Assembly: GCA_965201115.1 (NCBI GenBank)
Contig: OZ241745.1
Location: 2,306,308 to 2,370,307 of the forward strand
Direction: 5' to 3'
Length of the DNA: 64,000 nucleotides
Origin: Alphaproteobacteria bacterium
GTDB lineage: Bacteria > Pseudomonadota > Alphaproteobacteria > UBA7887
The stretch's first letter is position 1; each line of letters opens with the position of its first letter. The notes beneath the pieces are model-generated. The model was not told the DNA's origin, did no database searches, and saw nothing but the letters and a program-made list of their open reading frames with translations. Below are positions 1 to 10,830 of this stretch, one piece after another. The translations under genes and the position numbers were made by a program.

Positions 1-603
1 ATGTGCAAGAACTTTTTCGACGTTCGAACCTTCGGGGCGGTGATGACGACGGGCGTAAATTGCGGCCAGGTGCGCGGTCCCGTGCAGTTTGCCTTCGCAC
101 GCTCGGTCGAGCCGATCCTGCCGCAAGAAATTTCGGTGACGCGCATGGCCGCCACCACCGAGGCCGACGCCGAATCCAAGGGCGACGTGCGCACGATGGG
201 GCGCAAGCACATCGTGCCCTACGGTCTGTATCGCGCGCACGGTTATGTGTCCGCATGCCTTGCGGGCGACGAAACCAAGGGAACCGGCTTCTCGGAAGAC
301 GATCTCGAACTGCTTTGGACAGCGCTCGAAAGCATGTTCGAGCATGATCGCTCGGCCGCGCGCGGCGAGATGGCCGCCCGGAAGCTCGTGCTGTTCAAGC
401 ACGGGAGCGCGCTCGGGAACGCGCCCGCGCACAAGCTGTTCGAGCTCGTCGAGGTCAAGCGTGCGTTCCGGGGCGAAGAATACGAACCCGGATCGGAGAC
501 GACCGGCAACTTGCCGCCGGCGCGCGCATTCGACGATTACAAGGTGTATGTGGACCAAGGCGGGAGGCTGCCCCCGGGTGTCGAAATCGTGGAAAGGATT
601 TGA
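1..603 (+). CDS. cas7: Type I-C CRISPR-associated Cas7/Csd2, C-terminal part (gene starts upstream of window)
   Basis: ORF runs from window edge to TGA at 601-603; C-terminal sequence resembles Csd2-family Cas7; immediately followed by cas4-cas1-cas2 and a I-C-type repeat array. Confidence 0.6.
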   Translation: MCKNFFDVRTFGAVMTTGVNCGQVRGPVQFAFARSVEPILPQEISVTRMAATTEADAESKGDVRTMGRKHIVPYGLYRAHGYVSACLAGDETKGTGFSEDDLELLWTALESMFEHDRSAARGEMAARKLVLFKHGSALGNAPAHKLFELVEVKRAFRGEEYEPGSETTGNLPPARAFDDYKVYVDQGGRLPPGVEIVERI

Positions 604-1251
604 TTGGCGCTGATGATCCCGGCTTCCGAGAGAATCGCCGAAAGCGATTGCGTTCCGATATCCGCCTTGTCGCACTTGCTCTATTGCCCGCGGCGGTGCG
701 CGCTCGTTCACGTCGAGCGGCAATGGGTCGAGAACCGCTTTACCGCGGAGGGCCGCGTTCTGCACGAACGCGCCGACTCCGGGGTCGGCGAGACCCGGCG
801 CGGCGTGAGGATAGAGCGGCGCGTACCGTTGCGATCCCTGCGGATCGGCGTATTCGGCTTCGCCGATGTCGTGGAGATCCGCGAAGGCAACCGCCCTTAT
901 CCGGTCGAATACAAACGCGGCCGCCCCAAGCCGTACCGGGCAGACGAAGTACAATTGTGCGCCCAGGCGATATGCCTTGAAGAGATGCTGGGCGTGGATA
1001 TAGTCGAGGGTGCCCTGTTCCATGGCGGCGCCCGCCGGCGCAAGACCGTCGCGTTCGACCCGGAACTCCGTGCGCTGACCGAGCGCGTCGCCGGCGAAGC
1101 GCGGCGGCTGATCGCCGAAGGCCGGACGCCTTCGCCGACATATGCCGCGCGGAAATGCGAGCCCTGCTCCATGAACGCGATTTGCCGGCCCAGGCAAATC
1201 GGTGACGCACCCTCGGTCGAGCGCTGGCTGACGGCGGCGTTGACCGCCTGA
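604..1251 (+). CDS. cas4: CRISPR-associated Cas4 (RecB-like nuclease with C-terminal Cys cluster)
   Basis: ATG abuts cas7 stop; N-terminal C..LLYCPRRC motif plus C-terminal CEPCSMNAIC four-Cys cluster typical of Cas4; position before cas1. Confidence 0.8.
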   Translation: MALMIPASERIAESDCVPISALSHLLYCPRRCALVHVERQWVENRFTAEGRVLHERADSGVGETRRGVRIERRVPLRSLRIGVFGFADVVEIREGNRPYPVEYKRGRPKPYRADEVQLCAQAICLEEMLGVDIVEGALFHGGARRRKTVAFDPELRALTERVAGEARRLIAEGRTPSPTYAARKCEPCSMNAICRPRQIGDAPSVERWLTAALTA

Positions 1252-1261
1252 ATGGACCGCC

Positions 1262-2302
1262 GTGCGCCGCCATCTCAACACGCTGTACGTTACCGTGGAA
1301 AACGCCTGGCTGCATAAGGACGGCGAAAACGTCGTCGTTCGGGCCGAAAGCGCCGAACGCGGTCGCGTCCCGGTACATTTGCTCGGCGGCATAGTGTGCT
1401 TCGGCGTGCAAGGCGCGACCCCTCCGCTGCTGGGCCACTGCGCCGAACGCGGCGTCTGTGTTTCATTCATGAGCCGGGCGGGGCGGTTCCTTGCCCGCGT
1501 CGAAGGCCCCGTATCGGGCAACGTCCTGTTGCGCCGAACGCAGTACCGCAGCGCCGACGAACCGGAGGAAAGCGCCGCCCTGGCCCGCAACATTGTCGTT
1601 GGCAAGGCGCTCAACCAACGCACGGTGGTCCGCCGCGCCCTGCGCGATCACGGCGCCGCCATGACGCCGGAAGCGCGCGAGCGCCTCGAAAGCGCCGAGA
1701 AGCGCTTGGGCGACGCCGCCCGGCGGTGCGCGCGCGCGACCGCGACCGATTCCGTTCGCGGCGTCGAGGGCGAGGCCGCTCGGGTCTATTACGACGTGTT
1801 CCAACATCTTGTGCGAAACGAGGATCCCGCTTATGCGTTTGGCAAACGCTCCCGCCGCCCGCCGCTGAATCCGGTTAACGCGCTGCTGTCGTTTCTCTAC
1901 ACGCTCCTGGTCCACGATTGCCGATCGGCCCTGGAAACCACGGGTCTCGATCCCGCTGTGGGCTTTCTGCACCGGGAGCGTCCGGGCCGGCCCAGCCTCG
2001 CGCTCGACATGATGGAAGAACTCCGCCCGGTCCTCGCCGACCGCTTGGCACTGTCGCTGATCAACCGCCGCCAACTGTCGCCGAACGATTTCGAGACCGC
2101 GACGGGCGGAGCTGTATCGTTGCGCGCGAAACCGCGTAAAGCCGTGCTCGTTGCCTGGCAGGATCGCAAGAAAGACGAACTCGTGCATCCCTTCCTCAAG
2201 GAGCGCACTACGTTCGGCCTTGTGCCGTTCCTTCAAGCTGCATTGTTGGCGAGGCGCCTTCGCGGAGATCTCGACGGCTACCCGCCCTTTCTTTGGCGAT
2301 AG
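1262..2302 (+). CDS. cas1: CRISPR-associated endonuclease Cas1 (I-C type)
   Basis: GTG start; 346 aa with Cas1-like sequence throughout; located between cas4 and cas2. Confidence 0.85.
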   Translation: MRRHLNTLYVTVENAWLHKDGENVVVRAESAERGRVPVHLLGGIVCFGVQGATPPLLGHCAERGVCVSFMSRAGRFLARVEGPVSGNVLLRRTQYRSADEPEESAALARNIVVGKALNQRTVVRRALRDHGAAMTPEARERLESAEKRLGDAARRCARATATDSVRGVEGEAARVYYDVFQHLVRNEDPAYAFGKRSRRPPLNPVNALLSFLYTLLVHDCRSALETTGLDPAVGFLHRERPGRPSLALDMMEELRPVLADRLALSLINRRQLSPNDFETATGGAVSLRAKPRKAVLVAWQDRKKDELVHPFLKERTTFGLVPFLQAALLARRLRGDLDGYPPFLWR

Positions 2303-2309
2303 ACCGCCG

Positions 2310-2600
2310 ATGTTGATGCTCGTCGCCTATGACGTATCTACCGTCGATTCGGCCGGGAAGCGGCGGTTGCGCCGCGTCGCGCGCCTGTGTGGCGACTATG
2401 GACAGCGGGTGCAGTATTCGTTGTTCGAATGCCAGGTCGACCCGGCGCAGTGGACCGCGCTGCGCGAGCGTCTCGTCGCCGAAATCGATATCGAAAGGGA
2501 CAGCCTGCGATTCTACCGGCTCGGCGCGAATTGGCGCGGGCGAGTCGAACACGTCGGAGCCAAGCAGACCTACGATCCCGACGGCCCGCTGGTTATTTGA
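2310..2600 (+). CDS. cas2: CRISPR-associated endoribonuclease Cas2
   Basis: 96 aa from ATG 2310 (MLMLVAYDVS...); Cas2 beta-strand N-terminus; directly upstream of leader and array. Confidence 0.85.
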   Translation: MLMLVAYDVSTVDSAGKRRLRRVARLCGDYGQRVQYSLFECQVDPAQWTALRERLVAEIDIERDSLRFYRLGANWRGRVEHVGAKQTYDPDGPLVI

Positions 2601-2779
2601 CCCGCGCGAACCGGAAGCGACCGCACGGGCGTCAGCAGGTTCGCGCACTTGCAACCCGCTGATTTTCCGTAATACTGGCCGCGCGCCCCGAGATCGGGGC
2701 GGCATCGGCGCCGCTGGACCCGACGATTCGCGGAAATCGGCCGATTGCCCGGTGTTTAACAATCGAATATACTATCGCC
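2601..2779 (+). promoter_or_regulatory. CRISPR leader (AT-richer segment between cas2 and first repeat)
   Basis: Non-coding; GC drops near array (…gtgtttaacaatcgaatatactatcg) immediately before first repeat at about 2780. Confidence 0.5.
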
Positions 2780-5700
2780 GCCGCCCCCCCGCGCGGGGGG
2801 CGCGGATTGAAACTTTCCGTCGCGGATCTGTTGCGCGGCGGCGCGCGCGCCGCCCCCCCGCGCGGGGGGCGCGGATTGAAACCAGCGCACGGGCGGCGGC
2901 GCCCCCCGGGGAGAGGGCCGCCCCCCCGCGCGGGGGGCGCGGATTGAAACCCTGCAGCTGGGCGTTGCAGCGGATGGCGCCGGCGCCGCCCCCCCGCGCG
3001 GGGGGCGCGGATTGAAACTCTTCTTCACTCGAGATCGCGCCCGGGCGCGGGGGCCGCCCCCCCGCGCGGGGGGCGCGGATTGAAACCCTCTCGAGCCCCT
3101 CCACGTCTCCGTGTTCGTCGGGCCGCCCCCCCGCGCGGGGGGCGCGGATTGAAACTGGATCGCGCGGAGGCGCGGAAAGCGGCTTTCCCGGCCGCCCCCC
3201 CGCGCGGGGGGCGCGGATTGAAACGCGGTGGATCGGGCGTACGTCCAGGAGATGACGGCGCCGCCCCCCCGCGCGGGGGGCGCGGATTGAAACCGGGTGC
3301 CGGCGTGGTCATCGCGCATTCGCCGGGCCGCCCCCCCGCGCGGGGGGCGCGGATTGAAACCGCGCCCAGTCCGCGCGCGGCACGGGGCGCCCGTGCCGCC
3401 CCCCCGCGCGGGGGGCGCGGATTGAAACAGGCGGTGCGTGCGCCGCGCCATGACGCGGGGCAGCCGCCCCCCCGCGCGGGGGGCGCGGATTGAAACTCGC
3501 CCCGGGTTCGCGGCTACGCCGCGGCCGGCGGCCGCCCCCCCGCGCGGGGGGCGCGGATTGAAACCGGCCCCGCGCTCGACATGCTGCGCGTGTTTATCGC
3601 CGCCCCCCCGCGCGGGGGGCGCGGATTGAAACATCAAAAGGCGGCGGAAGCGGGATTGCAGGCGAGGCCGCCCCCCCGCGCGGGGGGCGCGGATTGAAAC
3701 TGGTGGTTATGCGGTCGATTCGGAACGACGGCGGCCGCCCCCCCGCGCGGGGGGCGCGGATTGAAACACGTTCCGGTCACAGTTAGTGATATAGATTCCC
3801 GGGGCCGCCCCCCCGCGCGGGGGGCGCGGATTGAAACCACGTAGCCGCCGCAACTGCTGGCGCGGGTGCCGGCCGCCCCCCCGCGCGGGGGGCGCGGATT
3901 GAAACATTTTTTTCTCCTCGGTTGGGGCGGCGGCCCATCGCCGCCCCCCCGCGCGGGGGGCGCGGATTGAAACACCTACGTCGATCGCGCCGATGGGTGG
4001 CGGCGGCGCCGCCCCCCCGCGCGGGGGGCGCGGATTGAAACGCACGACCTGGCCGGCGGGGGGGTCACGGGGCGGCGCCGCCCCCCCGCGCGGGGGGCGC
4101 GGATTGAAACCACGTACCGCGAGCGATAACGCATTCGATTTCGGGCCGCCCCCCCGCGCGGGGGGCGCGGATTGAAACGCATATCGGAACAATTAGACCG
4201 AAGCGGCCGCCGGGGCCGCCCCCCCGCGCGGGGGGCGCGGATTGAAACGTGATGGTCGTCACCAGGCTGCTCCGCCGCGGCGGCCGCCCCCCCGCGCGGG
4301 GGGCGCGGATTGAAACAGCTTCTCAACCAACCGGGCGCAGCGCGCTCCGGGGGGCCGCCCCCCCGCGCGGGGGGCGCGGATTGAAACGCCCGCAGCAGGT
4401 CCTGAACGGTGACGGTCACACCGGCCGCCCCCCCGCGCGGGGGGCGCGGATTGAAACGTGCGCGCCACGCCCACTTCCCAGTCGGCCGCCCCGCCGCCCC
4501 CCCGCGCGGGGGGCGCGGATTGAAACCCGCTATCGGAGAGGTACAGCGGGAGCGGCCCGTTGCCGCCCCCCCGCGCGGGGGGCGCGGATTGAAACATTTC
4601 GTTTCTCCGGCGGCGCGGCGGGCGGCTGGCCGCCCCCCCGCGCGGGGGGCGCGGATTGAAACGAGCGCGAGTTCCGCCGCCGTGGAGCCCGCCGCCAGCG
4701 CCGCCCCCCCGCGCGGGGGGCGCGGATTGAAACATTTCCGCGATCGATCTGCAGCCGGTGGCGGCGAGCCGCCCCCCCGCGCGGGGGGCGCGGATTGAAA
4801 CTTTGCGCAATGGCTTTTGCGAACGAAGGACGGTGCCGCCCCCCCGCGCGGGGGGCGCGGATTGAAACATGTTGAGAAAGGAGATGGCGTTGTCGGTATC
4901 AGGCCGCCCCCCCGCGCGGGGGGCGCGGATTGAAACCCCGGAAACCCTGATGGTTTCCATTCGCGATAAACTGCCGCCCCCCCGCGCGGGGGGCGCGGAT
5001 TGAAACGCTTCCCGACAGGGAAATTCGGCTGTCGCAAAGGGCCGCCCCCCCGCGCGGGGGGCGCGGATTGAAACACGAACAGCTGGAAACGGCGGTCGGC
5101 GGGTTCGGCCGCCCCCCCGCGCGGGGGGCGCGGATTGAAACCAGTCGTCGGGCAGTGCGAGATCGAAGGCGAGATTGCCGCCCCCCCGCGCGGGGGGCGC
5201 GGATTGAAACTGGAAAGTGAAGGATTTTCTTACGAAATCCGGGCCGCCCCCCCGCGCGGGGGGCGCGGATTGAAACGTTACCTGTTCCCCGCACACGCGG
5301 GGATAGACCGGGAGCCGCCCCCCCGCGCGGGGGGCGCGGATTGAAACATTATCTTCTTCTTTCCAAAGACGAAAGCGATAATGCCGCCCCCCCGCGCGGG
5401 GGGCGCGGATTGAAACACCGCCCGCGGCGGCAGCTGTCTCGGCGGCGCGGGCCGCCCCCCCGCGCGGGGGGCGCGGATTGAAACCAGATACGACTGCGGC
5501 GCGGGCCGGCGCACCAGGCCGCCCCCCCGCGCGGGGGGCGCGGATTGAAACGCTTCGAGGCGCGAATTCGCGGTCGGAAGCGATATGCCGCCCCCCCGCG
5601 CGGGGGGCGCGGATTGAAACATTTCGCGGCGTGCTGATGAAGTACGGCGCCATCGGGCCGCCCCCCCGCGCGGGGGGCGCGGATTGAAACTCGGACCCGG

Positions 5701-6637
5701 CCGGCAACGCCAAACTCGCCAAGGGGCCGCCCCCCCGCGCGGGGGGCGCGGATTGAAACGGTGGCGCCGCGCGCCTCGAGCCGCGCCGCCGCCGGCCGCC
5801 CCCCCGCGCGGGGGGCGCGGATTGAAACGGTGGCGCCGCGCGCCTCGAGCCGCGCCGCCGCCGGCCGCCCCCCCGCGCGGGGGGCGCGGATTGAAACGCC
5901 TGCGCTTCCGGGCGGCGCCCCGCCCTGTATTGCCGCCCCCCCGCGCGGGGGGCGCGGATTGAAACCTTTTCCGCTACCATCTCGTTCATGTTAGCGGCGT
6001 GCCGCCCCCCCCCCCCCCGCGCGGGGGGCGCGGATTGAAACCATAAACGGCCTAAATGGGCGCGTGACGCGCGTCGGCCGCCCCCCCGCGCGGGGGGCGC
6101 GGATTGAAACATGAGAAAGAACAGGAAGCGAACGAATGCCAGGCGGGCCGCCCCCCCGCGCGGGGGGCGCGGATTGAAACCGTATTACCGAAGGCGCAGT
6201 TACCCACCGGCGCATGCCGCCCCCCCGCGCGGGGGGCGCGGATTGAAACCGTATTACCGAAGGCGCAGTTACCCACCGGCGCATGCCGCCCCCCCCCGCG
6301 CGGGGGGCGCGGATTGAAACTCGCCGTCGATCGCCGCGCCCTCGGCCTTCGCGGCGCGCCGCCCCCCCGCGCGGGGGGCGCGGATTGAAACAGCGCGGTC
6401 GAGGGGTACTGCCGTGTCTCGGCGCGCCGCCCCCCCGCGCGGGGGGCGCGGATTGAAACCGCGTGAAGAAAGACCGTTGGGAAGGCGCGCACCGGCCGCC
6501 CCCCCCCCCCGCGCGGGGGGCGCGGATTGAAACGAGCAGGTCGATGAAAATCTCGCCGGCGCCCAGGGCCGCCCAGGGCCGCCCAGGGCCGCCCCCCCCC
6601 CCCCCCCCGCGCGGGGGAGGGGGCACCAGCTCTAAAC
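2780..6637 (+). CRISPR. CRISPR array, about 56 repeats and about 55 spacers; repeat G(C)CGCCCCCCCGCGCGGGGGGCGCGGATTGAAAC (33-34 bp), unit 68-70 bp, degenerate terminal repeat at about 6591-6637
   Basis: Regular 68-70 bp periodicity of a conserved palindromic repeat ending GGATTGAAAC (I-C signature); spacers of heterogeneous GC; terminal repeat mutated (…gcgcgggggagggggcaccagctctaaac). Confidence 0.95.
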
Positions 6638-8878
6638 GACCAACGATTCCGAGTCGAGAAACACCGGTCGGTCCCACGTCAGGCCAGTGTCGGGACGGTA
6701 GAGATCGAGACTGCGCAGTACGGCGAACTGCCGTCCAAATTTCTTTTCGTTCACGAATTCGACGGCGCCGGATTCGACGAGCGCGTTTTGCACACGCCGC
6801 GGGACGGGCACGGTATAGGGCTGCAGGCGCCGCGCGACTCCGCCCGGCCTCTCGACCGATTGCAGTTTGCCGAGTAAGCGTTCGGCCTCGCTTCCGCGCT
6901 CCATAGGGCCGCGGTAAGGCACGATCACCGGAATCATGTCGGTTTCGATCATCCGGAACTTCGCCGCCACGGATTCGAACGGGAAGTCGAGTTTCCGCAA
7001 TCTTTCGGCAATCGTCCGGAGTATCCGCTTGGCGTCGAGTTCGTCTGCCTTGGTCCAATACAGTTCGCCAAAGTAATCGCGAATCGCCTCAGGCGAATCC
7101 AGCGCGGAGCAACGGCGCATGACGGCCCGGGCCGCATCGGCGAACTGCGCTACCTCGGGCGGCGGTTTGCGGCCCGCGCTTTCGCCCGGGTCGAATACGA
7201 AGACCTCGCCCGCAAGGGCGCGGCCTTCGCGGTTGCAGCGCCCGGCAGCCTGTACGATCGATTCCAGGCCGGCCCAGGCGCGCCAAACGACCGGAAAATC
7301 CACGTCGACTCCGGCCTCGATCAATGACGTTGCAACGAGCCGTACCGGCGCCCCGTTTTTCAGATCGATGCGCACGGCGTCCAGCGCGTCGCGTCGATGG
7401 GCGGCGCACATGCATGTCGTCAGGTGCCGGGCGCCTTCGGCCTCCCGGATGAGTTCGTAGAGTTCGCGCGCGTGACGGCGCGTGTTGACGATGCAAAGGA
7501 CCTGCGAGGCAGCGCGCAATTGCGCCGACAGCTCGTCGTCGTCCACTCTGCCCCGGTCGCTTATCGCGACGCGCTTGAGCGTTCGGTACAGGCGTTCGGG
7601 TTCGGGCGCGATTTCGCGCATGTCGGCGAAGCCGCCGGTAAAACCGTCCGCCTTGCCCAAGGCGGGTTGCGTGGCGGTGCAGAGAACGACGGTGGTTCGC
7701 CAGTTGCGCGCCAGCTCGTCGAGCGCGGCGACGCACGGCCGCAACAGTTTCAGGGGCAACGTTTGCGCCTCGTCGAGAATGACCACGCTGTTCGCAATGT
7801 TGTGCAACTTCCGGCAGCGCGACGGGCGGTTGGCGAACAGGCTTTCGAAGAACTGTACGGCGGTCGTGACGACGACCGGCGCATCCCAGTTCTCCATCGC
7901 CAACCGCAGCTTGTCCCTCGCTTCGCGCCTGCCGATACGGTCTTCGTCGAACGCGCTGTGGTGCTCGATTACAAAGTCGGTTTCCGCGCCCTCGCCGAGC
8001 GCCTCGCGAAACGCCGCGGCGGTTTGCTCGACGATGCTCGTGAACGGGATGACGTAGATGACGCGCTCCATGCCGTGGCGCGCGGCGTGGCGCAGCGCGA
8101 ACGCCAGCGACGAAAGCGTCTTGCCGCCGCCGGTCGGAACGGTGAGCGTGAACAAGCCCGGCGCGGCCGCTGCCTTCTCCCATGCATGCTTCAGCACCTC
8201 GGCGCGGGCGGCATTCACCGCACCGGGTTCGGCGCCGGCCGCAAGCTCGCGAAGATACGCGTTGAGCCGCGCCGCCAATTCTTCGATGGGCGGATGGCTC
8301 CCGCGCATCGGATCATCGCCGTCAAGCCGGGCGAAATAGGCTTCTGTGTCGAGATAGTCGGCGTCCACAAGGGCGGAAAACACCATGCGCGTGAGAAAAG
8401 CCGCGCCGAAGGCCCCGCCTTCCCGGTCGCGGGGTTTCATGAGCGGCATTTTCGGTTCCGGCAGCGCGATCTCGCGCCGCCACGCGGGGTCGGGTTTCGG
8501 AACCCGCTTCGAAAGACGATCCTCCAGAGCGGCGATTCGGCCTTTTCCGCCGGATACGCCGTCGGCGAGGCCCGCGTGGTGGCCCGCCACGCAAAACGCC
8601 AGGATTTTTCCGATCCGCCCGCCGTAGCGCTCCATCGCGATTTGCGCCCCGGCGGTCGAGTGATCGACACGACCGGGGTTGCCGGCGAGCCGCTTCCTGA
8701 ATTCGGCCGTGTATTTTCCGACGTCGTGCAACAGGCCTGCCGCGCGCCCGAAATCGGCGCAGCCGGCCGATTCGAGAAAGGCGGCGGCCCGCTTGCCTGT
8801 TTCTTCGAGATGAGCGGACAGGATATGCCAGTCCCGACGATCATCGCCGCCGCTGCTATGCGCGTACCAAGTACTCAT
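6632..8878 (-). CDS. cas3: CRISPR-associated helicase/nuclease Cas3 (HD domain + DEAD/DEAH helicase)
   Basis: Start MSTWYAHSS at 8878; HD motif (LLHDVGKY…HHAG), Walker A (PTGGGKT), DEAQ box; ORF track's extra 63 N-terminal codons judged read-through. Confidence 0.85.
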   Translation of the reverse strand: MSTWYAHSSGGDDRRDWHILSAHLEETGKRAAAFLESAGCADFGRAAGLLHDVGKYTAEFRKRLAGNPGRVDHSTAGAQIAMERYGGRIGKILAFCVAGHHAGLADGVSGGKGRIAALEDRLSKRVPKPDPAWRREIALPEPKMPLMKPRDREGGAFGAAFLTRMVFSALVDADYLDTEAYFARLDGDDPMRGSHPPIEELAARLNAYLRELAAGAEPGAVNAARAEVLKHAWEKAAAAPGLFTLTVPTGGGKTLSSLAFALRHAARHGMERVIYVIPFTSIVEQTAAAFREALGEGAETDFVIEHHSAFDEDRIGRREARDKLRLAMENWDAPVVVTTAVQFFESLFANRPSRCRKLHNIANSVVILDEAQTLPLKLLRPCVAALDELARNWRTTVVLCTATQPALGKADGFTGGFADMREIAPEPERLYRTLKRVAISDRGRVDDDELSAQLRAASQVLCIVNTRRHARELYELIREAEGARHLTTCMCAAHRRDALDAVRIDLKNGAPVRLVATSLIEAGVDVDFPVVWRAWAGLESIVQAAGRCNREGRALAGEVFVFDPGESAGRKPPPEVAQFADAARAVMRRCSALDSPEAIRDYFGELYWTKADELDAKRILRTIAERLRKLDFPFESVAAKFRMIETDMIPVIVPYRGPMERGSEAERLLGKLQSVERPGGVARRLQPYTVPVPRRVQNALVESGAVEFVNEKKFGRQFAVLRSLDLYRPDTGLTWDRPVFLDSESLVV

Positions 8879-9216
8879 TGGCGCCCGGCGGCGCGGGCGT
8901 CGTTCGAAAGGTCCATGGCATCCCGCCCGTATCCATGCCGTGCTTGGCCACGAGGGTACGATGGTCGAGTGTTGTTGTCTAATACCGTTGGCTATCGATA
9001 CCGACGGGTAGCCGTCGGCATGGACTGGGCAGTTGTCTCCGGGGCGCGATCCGGACGCCGCGGGCATCCTGCCCGCGCACTCTCGCCAGTCTCGCCGCCG
9101 ATGTGCGGTCGGGGCGCCCGCGGTCCCGGGCGGCGGCGCCGGCGCGGCGGGCGGTTGCCAAGGGGCGGGGGGATGGTGTGTATTGGGGCCGCGGCAGTCA
9201 CCGGGGAGGCGGGGCG

Positions 9217-10809
9217 ATGATGGGAATGGCGCGGTTGGCGGCGGGGGCGTGGGCGGCGCTGGCGGCGGTGCTCGCGGGCGCGGCGGGGGGCGCGGGGGCG
9301 CAGGACGGGGCGGTCTTGCGCATCGTTCCGCACGCCGACCTCAAGAACCTCGACCCCATATGGACCACCGCCTATATCAGCCGCAACCACGGCTACATGA
9401 TCTACGACACGCTGTTCGCGCTCGACGAAAACCTCCGGCCCCGGCCCCAGATGGTCGAGGACTGGACCGTCAGCGCCGACGGCCTCGCGTGGACCTTCCG
9501 CCTGCGCGAGGGCCTCGCGTGGCACGACGGCGCGCCGGTGACCGCCGCCGATTGCGTCGCCTCCATCCGCCGCTGGGGCGCCCGCGACGGCATGGGCCAA
9601 AAGCTCATGGACGCAACCGAAAGCCTCGCCGTCATCGACGACCGCACATTCGCGCTCACGCTGGCGGCGCCTTACGGGCTGGTGCTGCAATCGCTCGGCA
9701 AGATTTCGTCCAACGTGCCGTTCATGATGCCCGAACGGCTGGCGGCGACGGACCCGTTCGAGCAGGTTCCCGAAACCGTGGGTTCGGGGCCGTTTATGTT
9801 CGCCGCCGACGAGTGGGTTCCGGGGGCGCGGGCGGTGTATGTGCGCAACCCGGCCTATGTTCCGCGGGCCGAGCCGCCTTCGTTCGCGGCCGGGGGCAAG
9901 GTCGCGAAGGTCGAGCGCGTGGAATGGCACTACATCCCCGACGCGGCGACGGCGATGAACGCGCTGATCGGGGGGGAGATCGATTATTTCGAGCTCCCGC
10001 CGCACGATCTTCTGCCGGTCATGGAGGCGTCTCCGGGCGTTTCGGTGCGGACGCTGGACCGGCTGGGCACTCAGGGCTGGGTGCGCCTGAACCACCGCCT
10101 GCCGCCGTTCGACGATGCGCGGGCGCGGCGGGCGGTTTTGTGGGCCTTGGATCAGACCGAGTATTTGCAGGCGACGGTGGGCAACCCGGCGTATTACCGG
10201 GCCTGCGCGGCGTATTTCGGCTGCGGGACGCCGCTCGAGAGCGCCGCGGGTTCGGAGGCGCTGGCGGCGCGGGACCTCGATCGCGCGCGGGCGCTGGTGG
10301 CGGAGTCGGGATACGCCGGCCACCGCGTGGTCGTGTTGCAGGCGACGGACATCGCGATCAACAGCGGGGCGGCGCTGGTGACGGCGCGCCTGTTGCGGGA
10401 GATCGGCTTCGAGGCGGAGCTTCAGGCGATGGACTGGAGCACGCTCACCTCGCGCCGCGCCGTCAGCGACCCCGTCGAACAGGGCGGCTGGAACGTATTC
10501 ATCACATGGTGGATCGGCGCCGACATTCTCAACCCCGTCGCGAATATCGGGGTTTCCGGGGGTTGTCTCGAGCGCGCGTGGTTCGGGTGGCCTTGCGACC
10601 CGGAGATCGAGGCGTTGCGCGACCGTTTCGCGCGGGCGGCGGGGCCGGACGAGCGGCGCGCGCTGGCGGAGGCGGTGCAGCGGCGCGCCTACGAAATCGT
10701 TACTTACGGCAATTTCGGCCAATGGTTCAATCCCATAGCCTACCGCGACGAGCTCGCCGGGATGATCGAATCCCCCGTTCCCTTCTTCTGGAACATAGAA
10801 AAACGCTAG
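9217..10809 (+). CDS. ABC transporter substrate-binding protein, family 5 (peptide/glutathione/nickel type)
   Basis: Start chosen at MMGMARL (signal peptide) at 9217; SBP_bac_5-like sequence; followed by two permeases and fused ATPase. Confidence 0.75.
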   Translation: MMGMARLAAGAWAALAAVLAGAAGGAGAQDGAVLRIVPHADLKNLDPIWTTAYISRNHGYMIYDTLFALDENLRPRPQMVEDWTVSADGLAWTFRLREGLAWHDGAPVTAADCVASIRRWGARDGMGQKLMDATESLAVIDDRTFALTLAAPYGLVLQSLGKISSNVPFMMPERLAATDPFEQVPETVGSGPFMFAADEWVPGARAVYVRNPAYVPRAEPPSFAAGGKVAKVERVEWHYIPDAATAMNALIGGEIDYFELPPHDLLPVMEASPGVSVRTLDRLGTQGWVRLNHRLPPFDDARARRAVLWALDQTEYLQATVGNPAYYRACAAYFGCGTPLESAAGSEALAARDLDRARALVAESGYAGHRVVVLQATDIAINSGAALVTARLLREIGFEAELQAMDWSTLTSRRAVSDPVEQGGWNVFITWWIGADILNPVANIGVSGGCLERAWFGWPCDPEIEALRDRFARAAGPDERRALAEAVQRRAYEIVTYGNFGQWFNPIAYRDELAGMIESPVPFFWNIEKR

Positions 10810-10830
10810 CGGCCGCGCGGGAGCGGCGCG

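Noticed and set aside
6001-6617. Poly-C expansions inside CRISPR repeats as a regulatory phase-variation switch
   Set aside because: They lie inside array repeats far from any promoter and co-occur with duplicated repeat-spacer units. Replication slippage or assembly error in the array is the simpler explanation.
2756-7058. Many long ORFs in the track across 2.7-7.0 kb (e.g. 4259..6112 minus, 617 aa; 3976..5076 minus, 366 aa) with repetitive …[11 protein letters not shown]…/…PPRGGRGLK… peptides
   Set aside because: They are translations of the CRISPR repeat reiterated every 68-70 bp and kept in frame by chance. They have no independent start or RBS logic and perfect periodicity, so they are not genes.
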